DNA of 64,000 bases from Prorocentrum cordatum (lineage: Eukaryota): positions 1,488,001-1,552,000 of the forward strand of contig CAUYUJ010000001.1 of assembly GCA_963575745.1 (NCBI GenBank), given 5' to 3'. A program made the position numbers and the translations under genes. The notes below the pieces were generated by a model, which worked only from the letters and a program-made list of their open reading frames with translations, was not told the origin of the DNA and did not search any database. Below, one piece after another: positions 60,671-64,000 of this stretch (the stretch's first letter is position 1; each line of letters starts with the position of its first letter).

Positions 60671-63139
60671 AAAGCGTCGTAAGTACCATGGCGCCGCGGC
60701 GGGCTCGGCCCCCCACCCCTGGCCTTCTGAATCAAACTGTCTGGGGGTGCCCTGGAGTCGGCGGTGCGCTCCGTGCACTTGGCTCGGTCGGATGAAAACT
60801 CCGAGCTCTTCGCACGCCGAGTAGGAGGAGGAGGAGGAGGAGGAGGAGGAGGAGGAGGAGGAGGGGGAGGGAGGAGGAGGAGGGGAGGGGGAGGAGGGGA
60901 GAGGAGGAGGAGGAGGAGGAGGAGGAGGAGGAGGAGGAGGAGGAGGAGGACGAGGACGAGGAGGAAGAGGAGGAGGAGGAGCAGGAGGAGGAGGAGCCCA
61001 GCCGGCGGCTCCTCGTCGCAGCCGCAACCTTTCGGTGTACCCAGGGCACCCTGCGTGCCTCGAGCGCGCGCCGAGCAAACCGTCGAGGTAGGCCATCGTG
61101 GAGGCCGCGCGGCCACCGTCCGCCCATCTTCTCTACCGCTGGGTGTTCCGCGCCCCTCGCTGCTTCCTCCTGCTCCACCTGCTTCGGCTGCTCCTCTCGG
61201 GCCGGACGCCAGGGGGGGATCTGGAGAGCGGGGCTTACGAAATCTGCTGCATGCAGCTGGTTTCAGCCCCACCGAGGGGCCCAGTCCTCGATACATGGCC
61301 GCCTCCGGCGCCGGGAGACGCCGGGAGAACTAGCTACGTGAGCTGATTCTCACCCCCCCCCTTTGCTATCCCCCCCTTTCGCCCGGCCCGATCCTCTTGT
61401 TTAGCCATTCATCCCCGCGTCGCGCAGAAAGCACGACGGAGGGCTTCCTGCAATTTTGAGGCGCCGGGGGCTTTCACCAGGCCCCAGGGCAGTCACAGTA
61501 CGGGTCGGGAAACAAGTTCTGGCCTGTGGAAGAGGTCCATGCCTCCAGGATCCACGTTGGAGGCTGGGGTCCCCCACTTCCCCCTCCGCACCTCTCCGTC
61601 TTCCTCTTGGTCTGGGGAGCGGCTGACTGCCCGCGGGGGCTCGTTCACCAATGCCATGTGTGCAGGAGGAGGAGAAGGAGAAAGGAGGAGAGGAGGGAGC
61701 GGCAGCAGGAGTACGGCGAGGGCGAGGAGGGGGACTGGGAGGGAGGAGGAGGACCAGGATGAGGAGGAGGGCGGACGATGATGCTGCTGATGATGGTGGT
61801 GATGACTGATTGATTGATTCATTCATTCGTTGATTGGTTGATTGATTGCTTGATCGACTGATTGATTGATTGACTGATTGATTTAATGATTGATTTATTG
61901 AGGGATCGATTGATGCTGCCTATCATGATGAGGAGGAGGTGGCGGCGGCGAAGGCGGAGGAAGGACATGACGAGGGGAAAGGGACGGAGGTTGCAGGGGA
62001 AGAGGACGGGGAGGAGGCGGAGGAGGAGAAGCTGCGCCGCGCCGCTTGGCCGACGCGCGGCCATCACCGCAGCCGCACCAGACCCGCGCTGCGCCGCAGC
62101 CGCGCATCTCACCACTCCAGCGCCGCGCCTTGCGGCCGCAAACCCCACAGCCGCGCGGGATCAATGGCGCAGGAGCCGCGGCATACGAGGCGTTCCAGAG
62201 AGGGCCTCGCCTTCGAGGTCGAAGCAGTTGCCATCCTTTTCCTCGGCGGAGGGCCAGCGGAAGGCAGCGGAAGGGCGTCGAAAGCCCGCGGAAGTGGAAC
62301 GAGGCCTCCTCCTTCGGCGGAAGCCAGCGGAAGTATAAGATGCACCCCCTCACCTCGCCGTGTGTCTTTTGGGGGTACGTGACCTGTCTGTGAAATATGA
62401 TGCAGCACTTCGGCGAAGAAGGCGAGGTCGATGCCCCACTGCACGATCCCTGACCCTATCCCTCTCCCATCGCTCCCACCTCCACCCCGAAAAGAGAGGA
62501 ATATGACAATGTGTGGCAAGATATATGCCCCGCGCCTGCACACGCCCCTGCCGCCGCCGCTCCTGCTGCCGGTATTGAAAAACATCAGGGCGGCTCTCTG
62601 TCATCGTTCCTCCCCAGACCTCCAACATATTTAAAACAACACGGCGGAGGTGTTTCGTCGTTTTTGGCGTTTGGGGGCCCTTGCGGGGCACCGGGGCTGG
62701 TAACAAAACGATCGAGGACGAAAGTACGGGTCCCCGGGAAGTGGTCCAGGCCTCCGGGGACACCGTTCCGAAACAAATTAAGACGTCGGCGGTTTGGGCC
62801 CTTCTCCCCTTCGCATTCGCTGATGGGCGTGGGCGGTATTTGTTTCAGGCGCTCCGCCGTCCGCTTTCCACTCGGCAGGCCGTGAGCGTGGTGACGCCTC
62901 GTCGCTCGAGCGGAGGCGCGCGCTTCGGTGCGCTTCGGTCCTCACGCTCGTCGCCTTCGTCCTTTCTCTCTTTCCCCACAAACTCTTCGCTCCCCACCAA
63001 TGCTCTCATTATCACTCCCTCTCACACTTCCTTCTCGCCATATCTCTCATTTTTATTTTCTCTGTCTCTCTCTCTCTCACTTTGTCTGTATATAGATATG
63101 AATGTATATCAGAGGTTCGGGGGTGTGACTTGTCCCGCG

Positions 63140-64000
63140 GGTTGTCTTGATGGTTGTCTTGATGGTTGTCCCGATGGTTGTCCCGTTTGTTGTCCCGATG
63201 GTTGTCCCGATGGTTGTCCTGATGGTTGTCCCGATGGGTGTCCCGATGGTTGTCCCGACGGTTGTTCCGATGGATGTCCCGATGGTTGTCCTGATGGTTG
63301 TCCCGATGGGTGTCCCGATGGTTGTCCCGATGGTTGTCGTTGTTCCGATGGTTGTCCCGAGGGTTGTCCCGAGTGTTGTTTCGACGGGTGTCCCGATGGG
63401 TGTCCCGATGGTTGTCCCGATGGGTGTCCCGATGGTTGTCCCGATGGTTGTCCCGATGGTTGTCCCGATGGTTGTCCCGACGGTTTGTCCCGTTGGTTGT
63501 CCCGATGGTTGTCCCGATGGTTGTCCCGATGGTTGTCCCGATGGTTGTCCCGATGGTTGTCCCGATTGTTGTCCCGATGGTGTTGTCCCGATGGTGTTGT
63601 TCCGATGGTGTTGTCCCGATGGTGTTGTCCCGATGGTTGTCCCGATGGTTGTCCCGATGGTTGATGGTTGTCCCGATGGTTGTCCCGATGGTTGTCCCGA
63701 TGGTGTTGTCCCGATGGTGTTGTTCCGATGGTTGTCCCGATGGGTGTCCCGATGGTTGTCCCGATGGGTGTCCCGATGGCTGCCCCGATGGTTGTCCCGA
63801 CGGTTGGCCCCATGGTTGTCCTGACGGTTGTCCGGATTGTTGTCCCGATGGGTGTCCCGATGGTGTTCCCGACGGTTGTTCCGATGGATGTCCCGATGGT
63901 TGTCCTGATGGTTGTCCTGATGGTTGTCCCGATGGTTGTCCCGATGGTTGTCCCGATGGTTGTCCCGAGGGTTGTCCCGATGGTTGTTCCGATGGGTGTC
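63140..64000. repeat. 12-bp minisatellite (GATGGTTGTCCC)n running off the window end
   Basis: Direct reading. Confidence 0.97.

Noticed and set aside
62681..64000. Cys-rich (CPDG)n protein
   Set aside because: Translation of a 12-bp minisatellite; several frames on both strands are open.

Overview
GC-rich, repeat-dominated eukaryotic DNA with two 100-N gaps and no recognisable host housekeeping gene. A perfect dinoflagellate spliced leader (DinoSL) and a GA-AG intron point to a dinoflagellate. There are three mobile elements. (1) A ~5.9 kb non-LTR retrotransposon (zinc-finger ORF1; APE-RT-RNase H ORF2) at 15551-21428 that begins exactly with the 22-nt DinoSL. (2) A decayed tyrosine-recombinase (DIRS/Ngaro/PAT-type) retrotransposon at 34588-58732 with split direct repeats A1...B1-A2-B2 and gag-like, RT, RNase H, YR and cytosine methyltransferase regions. 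Its repeat A ends in an SL-like 22-mer, and an empty copy of its target site lies at 59740. (3) An 18,168-bp CMC/EnSpm-type DNA transposon (37114-55281; 24-bp TIRs, TG target duplication) inserted into the RT gene of element 2. It carries a transposase and about six co-oriented cargo genes (ParB-like/SET-like, AP2-like, Lys-rich zinc-binding and others). This element alone is saturated with a GCTGCAGC-centred palindrome whose flanks vary but stay symmetric, and five of its predicted introns appear to use non-canonical AT...CGG|AT boundaries. The rest is micro-, mini- and macrosatellite. All domain calls are by-eye motif recognition and all counts are manual; no searches were run.
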